Assembly (NCBI RefSeq): GCF_018350175.1
Contig: NC_058373.1
Coordinates: 115,012,001-115,076,000, forward strand
Source: Felis catus
Lineage: Eukaryota
Length of the DNA: 64,000 bases
Direction: 5' to 3'
Shown one piece after another: positions 1 to 15,125 of this stretch (positions are counted from its first letter, which is position 1; each line of letters begins with the position of its first letter). The position numbers and the translations under genes are program-made. Under the pieces are notes generated by a model that saw only the letters and a list, made by a program, of their open reading frames with translations, was not told the DNA's origin and ran no database searches.

Positions 1-698
1 CCTGTACCCCACCTCCCCCTTCCTGGGTTCCCCTGGGGGCAGGGGGAGGGGTAGCCAAGCCCCAGGCAGGTAAAGGAGCCTAGGACCCATGCCTGGCCTT
101 AGAAAATGCAGTCCAAGTGGAACACGATTCATGCGGCATCCCTAAAGATGAGTCATCTGAGCTGAATCTTAAAGCAGGAGTCGGGGGAAGAGGAGAAGAA
201 AAGCATTCTGGACTGAGGGAACGGCAAGTGAAAAGGAGCTGTGAAAATTTGGTGGCTTCTCAGAATATCAGAATGGGCGTGAGGGCACCGGGGCCGAGTG
301 TGGGGGGAAGAGAAGCGGGAGCCCGGACAGCAGGTTGGGATGAAGGGATAGACATCCAGTGGGGCTGAGAGAACACCGAGGCCCAGAGCTGCCCCGTGAT
401 TGCCCTCAGTTCACACAACGGGTGGCAGGGCCTGGATTTAAACCCGTCTTCACACTAAAAGCAGGCCTGCCATCTAAAGATTGCTTTCTCGGACGTTGTC
501 AACCACACCACAGATTCTGTTTTGTTCTCACGAGGGAAAACTGAGGCCCTGAGGGGTTGGGGCTCCATTTGGTTTGCAAACAAACAAGAAATCACGGCAC
601 CTGAATGGGGCCGAGGGAAGACAAATCGGTTCAGTAAGCATTTGTTGAGCACCTTCTACAAGCCCTGGACTCTGTCCTCCAGGAGCTCACAGTCCGGA

Positions 699-703
<5 letters not shown>

Positions 704-735
<32 letters not shown>
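704..735. repeat. (CA)n microsatellite
   Basis: Seen directly. Confidence 0.95.
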
Positions 736-738
<3 letters not shown>

Positions 739-1507
739 GACAACTCCAAACAAGGCAGGCAGACAGCGCTAGAACGGGAAGAGGGGCAAAGGTCCACAGG
801 AGTCAGACCAAGATGACCCGAGGGATGGTGGTGTCATTTAGGCTGAATTAGTGCCATAACCTGTGGAATCCAGGACAGGAGCCCGAGGGATGGAATTAGG
901 GTTGGAGGAGGGAAAGAGATTCCGTGAGAGAGACTTGATGCTACAGCAGGGCCTGGCCTGGAGCCCAGATCTTTCTGCCTCTTCTGCCTCTTGGCCCCTT
1001 AGGGATACTTGTGCTGGGTCCAGCCATCAGGCTGACACCGGTGTCAGGGCAGCTCAGGGAACCTAAAATAGGAGCATTCCTGGGTCCTTCCCCTGGCATC
1101 TGCCTGGCCTGCCTGCCTGAGAGTGGGGTCGGGGACAAAGAGGGCTGGGAACTGAGGGGGTGGCGCCATGGGAAGATTCGCTCTTGTCCGGGTTGTTGGG
1201 AGCTTTGGGGGCCCAATCAGGATGTGATTCCAGGGAGGACCCTGTCGCCGTTTCCCATGTGAGAATGCCTGCCCATTCCTGACTAGAGTGGGTTAAGGAA
1301 GACTGTGTCTGGCTCGCTCTGGCTGAAGTGTAAGATCAGAGAGTTGGGTCCCAGTCAATATTCACACATTTCCTTACCATGGGCTAGCCATGTGTGATGG
1401 GTACACCTGTCTCGTGGAACAATGGTGTCTATCCTATGAGCCTGCAGACTCTGGATAAAAGCAACGCATTATGATAATGTATGTTCTTTCATACAGCAAA
1501 GGAAATA

Positions 1508-1734
1508 GGGGCGCCTGGGTGGCGCAGTCGGTTAAGCGTCCGACTTCAGCCAGGTCACGATCTCGAGGTCCATGAGTTCGAGCCCCGCGTCAGGCTCTGG
1601 GCTGATGGCTCAGAGCCTGGAGCCTGTTTCCGATTCTGTGTCTCCCTCTCTCTCTGCCCCTCCCCCGTTCATGCTCTGTCTCTGTCCCAAAAATAAATAA
1701 ACGTTGAAAAAATAAATTTTTTTTAATTAAAAAA
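1508..1734 (+). mobile_element. Young feline SINE (SINEC_Fc type)
   Basis: ggggcgcctgggtggcgcagtcggttaagcgtccgac head, (CT)n, A-tail; TSD AAAGGAAATA at 1498-1507 and 1735-1744. Confidence 0.93.
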
Positions 1735-2573
1735 AAAGGAAATAAAATGAAAAGGCAACCTAAGGAAAGGGGGAAAATGTTTGCAAACCATATATCTGGT
1801 AAGTTAATATCCAAAATATATAAGGAACTCACATAACTCAATATAACCTGATCAGAAAATGGGCAAGGGACTGAAATAGACATAACGGTACTGAGGTAGG
1901 GCTGTTAGTCCAGGTGCCAGCTGAGGTGCTTACATACAATATAAACACACCCTCTGGTGATTTTGAAGGGGCAAAATATATGGTATCATCCCTCAGGGAA
2001 GATACCTAAGCCAGGAGTGGTATTGTCTCGCGAGGACCAAACCACCACTGTGTCGTTACGAAATGAAGATTCACCGAAAGACACCAAAACCAAAGGCGAC
2101 GAAAGCAAAAATAAACACGTGGGACTACCTCGAACCAAAACCCTGGCAAGCGAACCATCAACAAAACGAAAAGGCAGCGTGTGGAATGGGAAAGGACTAT
2201 CTGTAAATCGTTGGTCTGATGAGGGATTAAAATCCAAAGAACACATGAAACTTGATAGCAAAAAAGCATAATCCCATCCGCACTTCTGGATATACATCCA
2301 AAGGAAATAAGTATCTTGAAGACATGGCATTATTCACAACAGCCAAGATACGGAAACAACACAAGTGACCGTGGAAGGAGGATGAATGGATGAAGACAAT
2401 GCAGTGCATGTAGACACAAGATTATTCAACCGTAAAAAGAAGGAAATCCTGCCATTTGCAACAACATGGGTGAACTTGGAGGACCCTATGATAAGTGAAA
2501 TAAACCAGACACAGGAAGACAAATACTCTACCATCTCACTTATGTGTAGAGTCTTAAAAAGTCAAATTCATAG

Positions 2574-2753
2574 GGTGGCTCAGTCGGTTGGGTGTCCGAC
2601 TCTTGGTTTCAGCTCAGGTCACGATCTCGCAGTTTTGTGGGTTCAAGCCCTGCATCGGGCTCTACGCTGACAGTGCAGACCTGCTTGTGATTCTCCCTCT
2701 CTCTCTGCCCCTCCCCCACTCTCCCTCTCTCAAAATAAATAAACTTAAAAAAA
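2574..2753 (+). mobile_element. Carnivore SINE, slightly 5'-truncated, inserted in L1
   Basis: TSD AAAAAGTCAAATTCATAG on both sides. Confidence 0.9.
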
Positions 2754-3023
2754 AAAAAGTCAAATTCATAGAACCAAAGAGTAGAATGATGATTATCAGG
2801 GACTGGGGGTGGGGGAAATGGGGAGGTAGTAGTCAAATGGTACAAACTTTAACTTATAAAATTAGTAAGTTCTGGAGATCTGACGTACAGCATAATGACT
2901 ATAGTTAATAACACTGCATGGGGAACATAATCTCACAGCCACAGCTGATACCCCCCCAAATGGTAAGCATTTTCCAATATATACATGTATTAAATCATGT
3001 TGTACTCCTTAAAAAAACATGTT

Positions 3024-3305
3024 GGGGCGCCTGGGTGGCTCAGTTGTTTAAGCGTCCGACTTCGGCTCAGGTCATGATCTCACGGTTCGTGAGTTCGAGC
3101 CCTGCGTCAGCTGGGCTCTGTGCTGACAGCTCGGAGTCTGGATCCTGCTTTGGATTCTGTGTGTGTGTGTGTGTGTGTCTCTCAAAAATAAATATACATT
3201 AAAAATAATAATAAAAATCATTTTGGGGTGCCTGGGTGGCTCAGTGAGTTAAGCGTCCAATTTCAGCTCAGGTCATGATATCATGGTTCACGAGTTCAAG
3301 CCCTC
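3024..3305 (+). mobile_element. Full carnivore SINE (3024-3217) followed by the 5' half of a second SINE (3225-3305)
   Basis: Two gggg(c/t)gcctgggtggctcag heads in tandem. Confidence 0.85.
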
Positions 3306-4539
3306 GCCTCAACCACCATTAGCTAAGGTCTGTTCAGGTGTCCTGTGTGTAGAGGGCATGGGCAAAGACTGCCTTCTCTTCACCACTGAAAACACTTGTG
3401 CTCTCTTTCTTCCAGTAAAAACACCAAATCTTTCCTGGACACCATCTGGGCTCACGCTGCCCTTCTCCTGGGGAAGGGTTTCCTTTAAGGATGATTCCAG
3501 GTACCCTGCCTTTCTCCCTCCTATGGCTCATGAGCTCATCACTGGTCCTTTATGAGCAGCCAAAGCTGGTCCTGACCTGATTAAGCAGAAAAGGAATTAA
3601 TATATTAAAAGGATATTGGCAGGGCTAGAGAACTAGGCCTGTCCGGAGGTAAAGCCACCAGGAATGCCGCCCAAAACCATGCTGAGGAAGCACGCTGATG
3701 AGAGAGCTAGCTGGGGCCGCAGAGCCCTTGCCGCTGCTGTCTGTGTGCCCCCTTCCCGCCACGGCCACTGCAGCCAGTGTGGATACTGCTAGCTGCACGG
3801 CAAACGCAGTCTCCCAGCCGCAGCTCGCCCCCAAAGTCACATGACCTTGGTACCACCTTCCCTTGAGAAACCGATGCCTACGCAAGCTTTTTTCTTCCTG
3901 CTTGTCACCTGCATTCTCGAAGTCCTGTCCTAGTACCCCTGACCCATGAATTCCACCCACGGGCTCCTAACACAAGTTTTCTTGATTCCATCTGGGAAAA
4001 AGCAGGATTCCCAAAGTCAGAAATTTTTCGTGCAATAGCACAAGTGTCCCAAAGAGCCCCAAAGCGTGCGAGATATCCACTCTGCACTCTCCACGGGCTC
4101 CCGTCATCTGCTTGGTCCTGTCCCACCCCACCTGGTGGACCCAGGCCCTGAGCCCTGTATTAAGGCTGGACCTGAGATGTTCTGCAGGGGCATGTGAGCC
4201 ATGAGGGGCCCAAGGGAATCCGGATGGGCCCCTTCCGACAGCCAGCACCAGGGGGTGCTGCCTTGGCTTGGGAACTCCAGAGTTCATTAGGGGGAGGGTG
4301 TGGGTGCTCTTTGCGAGGCCCCTTCTTAAGTGGACTCATGGACTGCTAGACCTGGGAAGGCCTTGGGGAGCATCTACTGAGGATCACAAAGTCAAATGGC
4401 TACAGGGAGGAGCCAGGCAGGTAATGAATGAGCACAGCGAGCTGAGCAAAGGAAAATAGGGAGCGGTGTGTCTGTGGAGAAAAGCATTTTAGGCGGTAAA
4501 ATTAAAAAAAAAATTTTTTTTTAAGGTGTAGAAATGTTG

Positions 4540-4745
4540 GCAAGAGAAAGTAGTTGCCTGGGAGGGGGCAAGAGATGGCAGTTGCCTGGGCAAGGTGCAG
4601 GAGGGATCCTTCTGGAGTGAGGAAAATGTTCTGCATCTTACTTTGGGCGCTGGTTACTCTGCGTACACAGTTAACAAGGAAACTTCCTCAGATAAAGACG
4701 AAAGATAATTTTTTACTTGGGCAAATTAATAAAGTATATCCATAA
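4540..4745 (+). mobile_element. Ancient L1 3' end remnant (L1M-like)
   Basis: ttctggagtgaggaaaatgttctgcatctt...ggttact motif typical of old L1 3' UTRs. Confidence 0.5.
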
Positions 4746-4839
4746 ACCAGCGTGGCTCTGAGGCCACCCATTCGCAAACTTCCGTTCCAAACCGACTTCT
4801 TTCTCTAACAAAGGAGGAATCAGAGCCCCCTGAGGGGGG

Positions 4840-6340
<1,501 letters not shown>

Positions 6341-7322
6341 TATATTACCATCCCGCTTCTGACTTCCTTTGTGACCTTGGCCTCGCCCTATTTCACTCAA
6401 TCCTGTCTCTCCCTGGAAGATACTGATCTCGGTCGGGGCTGGGGTCATTCTGTCGGTTACTGGTCGAGCTGGCCTGGGGGCGGTGGGGAATTCTCCGTGG
6501 AATGGATATAAGCCCCAGTGGGGACGTAGGGTGTGGGCGGAAGAGATCATGGCCATGGTAGGAGACCATCTGTGTCAAGGTGGGCTAGATTCTCCTGGGG
6601 AGGGAGAAGCCCTATCTCCAGCCAAAGATATCCTCTTGGGATCCCCACTGACAATTCCATCATCTCCAAACCTCCCCACCCCCCCTCCAGGCATCTAGCA
6701 TCGTGCTTAGAGGTGGGGTTCCTGTGTCCTACCCCTCTCCCCTACTTCACCTGTGCACACTGCTAGCTCCACCTATGGCCCTGCGGAAAGGCTCAGGCCA
6801 GGGGAGAGAGGAAGGGCCAGGAAGGGTCTGTACGCACTGGTGGTGGCATAATTTTGGCAACCCCTCCGACTGTCCCTTGAGCTAATTTTTAAAAATCTGG
6901 GCCCAGGAAAAAGAGTGCCCAGTGCTTCAGACACAGGGGCCTGAAAGGAGGGACTGAGCTGGGGTAGAGAGGCACAGAGACTGAGGGGGGGGGAGGGGAG
7001 GGGATTGATCTGTTGGAAGGGGTGGTGGAGAGGGTCAGAGCAGCCCCAGCCCTGTCTTTCAGACCAGCTTCCCAGTCCCCAACTCAGAGGGGACTCACCA
7101 GATGTCAGTCAGTAGCCACTTTCCACTTATAAATGGGCCTAGAAGGTACTGGAGGAAGGGGCTCCTTATTGGAGGAAGGTACTGAGGGAATGGCTCACAG
7201 CCCTAAACTTGCAGGAGGCTCCCAATGCTGGTTGCAGGAGCAATGGGCTACCTTCTGGACTGTCTCCACCCTCAAGCCAATCAGTCTGAGTTCTGAGACT
7301 TGCTATTAGAATGGTTTGTAGA

Positions 7323-7550
7323 GGGGCGCCTGGGTGGCGCAGTCGGTTAAGCGTCCGACTTCAGCCAGGTCACGATCTCACGGTCCGTGAGTTCGAGCCC
7401 CACGTCAGGCTCTGGGCTGATGGCTCAGAGCCTGGAGCCTGTTTCCTATTCTGTGTCTCCCTCTCTCTCTGCCCCTTGCCCATTCATGCTCTGTCTCTCT
7501 CTGTCCCAAAAATAAATAAACGTTGAAAAAAATTAAAAAAAAAAAAAAAA
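7323..7550 (+). mobile_element. Young feline SINE (SINEC_Fc type), intron 1
   Basis: Full length, long A tail, perfect 15-bp TSD AGAATGGTTTGTAGA at 7308-7322 and 7551-7565. Confidence 0.95.
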
Positions 7551-10500
7551 AGAATGGTTTGTAGAACTCCAATCCTGATCCAGCCTCTCCCTGAAGGCAT
7601 GACCCCTCCAGGAAACTAGGAATGTGTCTAGATTCTCTTTCCCATCCCACTACGAGTCTGTCCTGAAGCAGAGCCTTAGATGTTTCCAGAACTACAGATC
7701 ACAGATCACAGAGATGTGGTTGGTTCTGATGTTCTATTTGGATTAATAATTTAATATTTCTACAAGACCATACATAGAACGAAAGGAGGTGTGTGTGTGT
7801 GGGGGGGGGTTCCACGTTTTCCATAGCTAGTTTCACATACCTTTGTTGGTTCTGCCAGGTTTCTTTCTGGGATTTAATGGGATATAGGTTACTTGCATTC
7901 CTCCCAAGTTAAACTTATGTCTCCTCCCCTAAAAGGAGGCCTGGGGGAGCTCGGAGGGCATCTTATGAGGGGCTTCCAGGGCTGTGCTGTCTAAGACGCA
8001 CTTCCTGAGTGCCAGGAGCAGCCTTGTCTCTACCCGCACAGCCTAGTAGGGTGGGTGGGGTGGGAAGGCTGCTTGTAAATTCAAGTACCATTAGCACGAA
8101 GCTCCCCTCTCCAGCCTCCAGGCAGCCACTGCTCCTTCTCCATTGGGTCTGGTGGCTACATTGAGTCTGGGTCTTGTCCTCCAGGATTCTTCTTGCCAGC
8201 CAATTGCACCCGATCGCATCCCTAGTACATGCTGGGGGCCTGTGAACTCCAGGATATGTCTCCTTGCCCTCCTCACCCACAGTGGTGGGGACCTAGGCCC
8301 TGTACCCACAGTTGATTCCAGGGCTGGGAGGAGTCAGGGGCAATGGCTCCCAGCTCAAAGCAGGGTAGTGGAGCCAAAGGAGGCTTGGGAGGTTTTAGCC
8401 CCCCGCCCCCCACCTCCACTCCATACTCTCCAACAGCAGCCCCCAAAGCCACTCAAAAACCATCCAGTCTAAGTCAGAACAGTGCACATGCTCTGCAAAG
8501 CCAGCTTCAGGTCAAGTCCTCCAGCCCCCTTCTGTGGAGACTGTCACCTTTCCCCCTTCTGGAATTCTGGAGCTGCCACTGGACAGGCTCCCCCTCCCCT
8601 GGGGCTCAGGAAAAAACTAACAGTCATTTGGGGTGGGGGAGGCATGATGCTAAGCTTAGTCCCCTCCCGCTTTCCAGCAGGGCCCCCTGGGCCCTGCTTC
8701 CCCATTTGTGAAATGGAGTCTCTGGACTTCAGCTAATTAGCGGCCACAGGAAGGCTTGGGGAGGGGGCAGCCCAGCCCTGCCACTGCAGAGCCTTGCCAT
8801 TAGGGCGATCGATGCCCTAGCTGGGCAGCTAAGGGGAGGGGGCCTGGAAAGTCTCCCGAGCCGCATAAATAACGGATGGGCAAGACGGAACCGGCTGTGG
8901 CCAGCTGGGTTCTGTAAAACCTCTTCCGCTCAGGCTCAGGGCCCATCTCGGGACCTGTGCCTCCAAACCCTACTGCCTGAGCAGCCTTGCCCTTCCTGGG
9001 ATGGGAAGATGCCCTTGAGCTAAAGGATCAGTTTTCCCCCTCCCTCCCCCCCCCCCAACACACCGTGGGGAACAAAAGGGGAAAGGAATCAAAATGTTAG
9101 TTAGAAGAGATAAGAAGCCGAGATAAGAAGCCGGGAGAGGTGTCTAGAGGGTAAGATTGATTGATGACTCTGTCCTCCCTAGTTTGTGAGCAGGGTTGAT
9201 GCAGAGGCCTGGCCGCTCAGAGACAAGGAGGAAAGGTGAGGAGGGCATCTCAGCCTCAGCCAGCATCAGCTTGCAGTGGGGCCGGTCCCTCAGGCAGGCC
9301 AACCTTCCCAGGGTGCAATCTCTCCCTGGCCTCTGTCCCTCCCCCCAGTGCCCCCTGAACAAATGCCAGGGCCAGAGACCCTGATGAGGAAGGCCCAGCC
9401 AATTCCTGCAGCTTCTGCGCTCCTCCCTGTTCCTGCTTCCCCCCCATGTAAGGTGGCCAGCGGGCCCCGAACCTGGCCCAGCAGCAGCTCACATGCACGC
9501 TGTCCTACCAGACCAAATGCTCACGCTCCTGGAACATTGGTGGGTCTGCGTCTCAGGGAGCTAAGACTCACTCAGTGTCCACTAAGTGCTACATTTCCCA
9601 CATCTCAGGTTATAACCAGCCCGGGTGTAGAAAGATCATCTGTGCAGATGGTGGTCATCATGCCAAAACGATCCAGGGAGACTTTCTTCCCACCGGGAAT
9701 TGGGATCTGGGAGTTTCATCTGTGGTTCCGAGATACCGTTTCGTAGAGGTGACGTGGCAATACCGAGCTGTCCCCAAGGGCTGAGGGGAAGAGCCTTGCG
9801 TGTCACCTCCACGCACCAGCCTCAGCCTCTAGTGACGCTGGGATTTGCTCTCGCTTTCTGGCACACGTGGAACTCTGCACAGCCGTGGGAGGTGTCCCAT
9901 GAACACAGCTGTAGCATTTCTGCTTGTTTTATCACAGCTGGAAGGTGCCCACAGACTCCTCTTTTTATAATCAGTTTGTGTTCTCCACACTTCTTCCAGT
10001 GAGACAGCATGGTGGGAGGGGGCAAGCTGGCAGCTGCGGGATCTCCCCAGATCCTTCTGTCCATGACGCTTGCCCCTTTGGAAGGGGTGGCATCGAGGTT
10101 CCACTGAGTCCTTAGGTTAAGGAGATGGGCACAATCTCACAGCTGTACAGTGAAACTATATTAATTCAGGCTTCACTGAATTAATGATTCGCTGGGACTA
10201 AGCCTCCCAAAGTTAAGCGAGTTCATACAAACAAGTCATACGTCCCCCATCCCCAACCCCAGGACCAGTCCCTAGTGGCTGTTGATGTCCTGTTTGAAAA
10301 TGAGTCCCACCTGCATAGGGGTCAGGCCTCAAGCAGGACACTTCAGCTAGCTTATGTCAAGAACTTGGAAATAACAAAGCAATTTCCTTTGAGAGCGGAT
10401 GGGGCTGTGCCGGAAAGTAAACCGAGGCTTGGCGGCAGGAGCTCTGAGTTCCAGTCCCAGCTCTGCCAGTGACCAGCTTCGTGGGCCAGGCTGAGGCATG

Positions 10501-10927
10501 AGAGCATCTCCCCTCACTGGCCGGCAGTGTATCTTCTACAAAATGGGGGTGGATCACACTGAGGTTTCTCAACTGTGTTCCATGGATGACTCTAGAGATG
10601 CCTTGACTTTAGCCACAAGGGGGTGGGGAGCACAGGGAGGGGCTCCAAGGCTCCGCCCATTTCACCCAGTGCCTCTGCACTATGATCAGTTTTATAGATT
10701 AACCCTGTCTTTACTGTATTGTCTGAAGAATTGCACTAACATTTTTTAAAAGTCCCTTGGGCTTGATGCTCTGCATAAACCCTAACTTGTCATCACTCGT
10801 GCCCTTCACAGGTAGGATTCCTGTTGTCCTACCGCCTCAGACCTAATGCCACACAAGTGGCCCAGGCCAGGATGAGCACTCCCTGAGCATACCAGGCCAC
10901 CCGGAATGAGCAAAAAGGGACACACAC

Positions 10928-10977
10928 GGGGGAGGGGGGGGGGCGGGGGGGGGGGGCGGGGGGGGCGGGGGGGAGGG
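10928..10977 (+). repeat. Poly-G tract (G-quadruplex-capable)
   Basis: About 50 nt of G runs broken by single A or C. Confidence 0.85.
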
Positions 10978-12417
10978 CTGTGTCATTTCTACCATCCTTC
11001 TATCAATTCTGAAAAGGACTTCTGATAAGCTGTCCTTTCCTGGCTCCAGGATTCACCTGGCTCCAAACCCACACTCGTTCTCAATGCCTGAAAGGCTGAG
11101 GGATAAGGGAGACTGGGTGCTGGTCCTCTTCTGGAAGGTTGTATCTGGGGAAGAAGGGGCAGCCACGCTAGATAGCCACCTTCCTGAGAAACGTAACCCA
11201 CGGGTGGCTCTCACGTTTACTGGACTCTCGCTGCCATCTGGAGAGTGAGTTAACTTTATCCCGAGGAACTCCAAACCAGCACCCGGGCTTCTGTGTTCCT
11301 CACGAGGCTCTAAACTCTTGTTTCCTTGTTTATGGAAGGAATGTGCCGTCCACTGTAGGCAGTCCTTGTTGCACGAACTCAGCTCATCCCTCTCTCTCCC
11401 CCACCCTACCCCGTGGCCACATGGCCACACCCGCCTCTCACACAAGGTGTCTGTGAGTCTGGTAGACTATGCTGAAGAGAAGGTTTGGCAGTGAGAAAGG
11501 CGGAAGAGGCATTTAAATCACCGAAGTGTGAACGCTGTCTCATTGAGTGCTGGCGCCCCGTCTTCTCAAGCCTTCCAGGCACCCCATCTTGCCATCAGCG
11601 GAGATGGGATTGTTCACCACTGTCTCTAGACGCTGTAGGACCCAGACTCCCACATCTTCTCTGGGTCCTCTCTCCTCTGCGCTCTCCCATAAGCCCTCCT
11701 CCCCACAGCCCGCCAGGATTTCCCCTGACTCCAAATTTCTCTCTGTGCTCCAAGACCCTTTCCAGTCCCCACTCCCATGCTTGGCTTCTGCATCTCCAAA
11801 GAAGAAGTTCAGCAAAGTAGATCCCTTTCTGTCTTAAACAGGACCTGCCCAACTCGGGAAGGACCCGTGGGCCTAAACGGCATGTTCTCTCACTTTCAGC
11901 TGGATTGATCGCGAGGCCAGTGTTGACCATCCCGCTCTGGCTGAGACTTTGTCGCTTTCAGAGCACCGAGGAGGGGAGTAAAAGGTGGAGGCAAAGCTTA
12001 GGAAATCCCTCCAGGGTCCCCTTGTCTGTGTTGGGTGGCACCTGTCTCCACCCTGTCCACCTAAGCTGGCAGCTCCCCTCATCAGCAAGAAGCAGCCCCA
12101 CCCTGCTCTGGTCCCCTTACTGCCCCTCCCCCCACACCACTGCCCACCCTGTTTGCACTTATCTGCCAGTAATCCCAGACATATTTTGATAACCTTGAAC
12201 ACACTGTTCTTTACATATGCTGTTCCTTCTGCCTGGGATGCCCCCCTCCTCCTTTGGCTTCCTCCCAGATTCCTAACACACTCCTATTCGTTCTTCAAAA
12301 CCCTGCTCAAGCTGTCACCTCCTCTCCGAGAATGCCCTTGGCTGGACACCTAAACCATTTCATTCCTCCCTGGTCTGCACCCTTCCTGTACCCCATACAA
12401 GCTTGCAAGTCACTGTG

Positions 12418-12610
12418 TATCCCGGTGCTTTATGGTGTCCCAGGGTATCCTGGTGCTTTACAATGTCTCAGGGTATTCCAGTGCTTTCCAATGCTGTAGT
12501 TTCCTCTGGTGCTTACAGTGTCCCAGGGATCCTGGTGCTTTACAGTGTCACAGGGTACTCGGTGCTTTACAGTGGTGCAATGCATCCTGGTACTTTGTAA
12601 TTATCCCAGA
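12418..12610. repeat. Degenerate minisatellite, about 7 x 28 bp (consensus TATCCTGGTGCTTTACAGTGTCCCAGGG)
   Basis: Units start at about 12418, 12446, 12474, 12502, 12529, 12556 and 12583. Confidence 0.85.
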
Positions 12611-13164
12611 TCCCCCACTTACCAGCTGTGTGATCCGGGGCACATATTACTTAACGTCTCTAGGCTATAGTTACCTCACCTAGCTAATGCGAGGAGTGAA
12701 TGAGTTAACACACACAACAGTGCCTGGCACAAAGGAGGAGCTCGATTAGCTGTTCGTTTTAATTACTGATTTCTATCCTCTCTCGCCTGCATTTGACTTT
12801 AAGCAACTCGAGGGCAGGGAGTCATCCAGCCCCAGGGCCCCGCCTGGCCTTACCAGGTGATTCGTGAATGTTCGCCCCACTGAGCTGACCAGCGGCTTGC
12901 AGTCTCTCTGCAGGGAAGGGCTCCAGGAGGACCGACAATTTCAGGTGATGAGTGACCAGGAGGGGCCATATGGAGTGGAGAGCAGGGCCGGGCGTCCAGA
13001 GCACCACAGTTGAGAACACGAGCTGCGTCTGTGGACGGAACTGAGTTCCAAGTCTGCCTCTTACTAGCTGCTTAATCTCCCTGTGCCTCCGTTTCCTCAG
13101 GCTACAGAAACACAAATACCCCCATCTCTTAGAGCGGCTGTGAGAGATTTAAAAAGATAACGCA

Positions 13165-13347
13165 GGAGCGCCTGGGTGGCTTGGTTGGTTGGACTTTCGG
13201 CTCAGGTTCGGTCCCCGAGTTCAAGCCCCGCTTCGGGCTCCACGCTGATGGTGGGGAGGGAGCCCGCTTGGAATTCTCGCTCTCTCCTCTCTCTCTGCCC
13301 TTCCCCCACTCACACTCTCTCTTAAATAAGTTAACTTAAAAAAAAAT
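13165..13347 (+). mobile_element. Carnivore SINE inserted in a MIR
   Basis: gcgcctgggtggct head, CT tract, A tail; MIR sequence on both flanks. Confidence 0.85.
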
Positions 13348-14689
13348 GACAATGAAACACTTAGCAAAGTGAGCGTCTTGGCACCTTGCAAACGCCCCTT
13401 AAGCTGGACATGAAAATACTATTCTTTAGGGCCTGAGAGAGAAGGCAGCCGGCCCTGCAGACCCCTGCCCACGCTCACACTCTCTGGGCTGCACTTCAGC
13501 CTCGTGGGGCTGCCAAGGAGGGGCCTAGGGCTGGAGACAAAGCTGCGCCCAGGACTGAAGGTGGCCCTGGACGGAAGGCTTCAGACAGGAGGGAGCAGCA
13601 GATGCAGGAAAGTGCCCGGTGCTTGCAGGACAGAAGCAGGCCAGCCGGTAGGAGCCTTGTGAGTGCAAATGGGAAAGGAGGCCAGGGGAGGTGGCTGCAG
13701 ACACCGAACGTAATAATAAATAATAGCAGTAATGAAAGTAAATGTTCATTGAATACTTACCACGTGTCACACAATATTCTAAGTCTTTGTGAGACCAAAC
13801 TGATTTAATGATCCCAACAACCCTAAGAGGTATAGCTACTATTATTATCCTCAGTCACACCTGGACCTGAGGCGTCGCGATCAGGTGACTTGCCCCGATC
13901 ACACAGCTGCTATGTGGCAGAGCTCTGACTCTTGGCTAGCCCCACCGTGGTACCACGGCCCCTGGCCCACCGGTTTGCTGCCCGGGTGCCGGCACGAACG
14001 AACGGGGAAGCGGCTCCACATGCAGAATAGGAGCAGGGACTGTGGTCTGTGGGTTCCAATCCCAGCCCCACCTCTGCCCTAGTTGGGTGACCTTGTACAC
14101 ACTACTTCACCTCAGTTTCCTCACCTGTAAAATGGGAACAAGAGTCCTGCCTTCCAGGATTGTTACATAGATCAAATACTCCGGTACATGTAGAACACTT
14201 AGCGGGGGAGCAACATAGGAGAACAGCTGAATAAGTCGGGATTACCTGCAGCCCTTGCACAGCCGGCCAACTTGTAGGGCACAGAAGGAGATGGCTTCTG
14301 GCTTGCAGTCAGAATGAGATTGTCTGGGAGCAAGGGGACTTTGACGAAAGGGACAGGAAGACGAGGTGCCCTTCTGTGCAGGGGCACTCGGGTCCTGGGC
14401 CCCCACCTGCTGAGAGGAAGCTGAGAATCATCGGCTGGAGCAGTGAGCTGTCACTGAGACAGGTTTATGAGGAAAGGTGGCTCTTTGGGACCTGGAAGGC
14501 TGCCTGCCAAATGTGCCCTTTGTTGGGCGATACTCATCCCTGCCAGCCGGGGAGTCACCCTCCTCCTCCAGGTTCATGCCAGCTCCTCTCGCTTGACCCT
14601 AACCCCCACCCAAACCAAGCTGAGAACAGCTGGAACGAGGCTGGGCTGGCATGCATGGTGTGTGGGCCCTTGGTGTTCCTAGTGATCTG

Positions 14690-15125
14690 ATCCTGCCGCC
14701 TTCTGCCTGGCTCCTGCTGTAGCCACACCATAGCCTCTCAGTTCCTTCCAGGGCCCGACACACTTCCCACCCCAGGACATTTGCACCTGTGGCTCTTCTG
14801 TCTGGAACATCTTTCTTCTCCTCAAATGTCACCTTCCTAATCAGGCTTTCCCTGACCACCCTGTTTAATATTGAAACCTGAAACCTACCCCCCACCCCGC
14901 CACCCCTCACCCCATTACTTACTTAACCCTGCTTTATTTTCCTCTATAGCATTTATTAGCATCTGGTAAATGGCCTCTCTCTCTTATTTATTTACTGGCT
15001 GCTTCCCCACTACACATACTCAAGTATAAGCTCTATGGGGACAGGGATTTGTGTCTCTCTTGCCCACAATTCTATCCCTAGCACCAAGGACATTGCCTGC
15101 GACAGAGTAGGAACTCAGCGATAAA
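14690..15125 (+). mobile_element. L2 3' end fragment
   Basis: ctcaaatgtcaccttcct...ttccctgaccaccctgttt; taagctctatggggacaggga. Confidence 0.7.

Larger units (their letters stand above)
1470..3015 (+). mobile_element. Old L1 fragments (ORF2 3' part and 3' UTR) interrupted by SINEs
   Basis: Typical L1 text: tttgcaaaccatatatctg, aaggaaatcctgccatttgcaacaacatgg, ataagtgaaataaaccagacacag. Confidence 0.8.

Noticed and set aside
1508..1600. tRNA-like A/B boxes here and in other SINE heads
   Set aside because: These are tRNA-derived carnivore SINE heads, not tRNA genes.
12418..12610. CRISPR-like appearance of the 28-bp repeats
   Set aside because: The units are contiguous without spacers, the context is a mammalian intron, and there are no cas genes.
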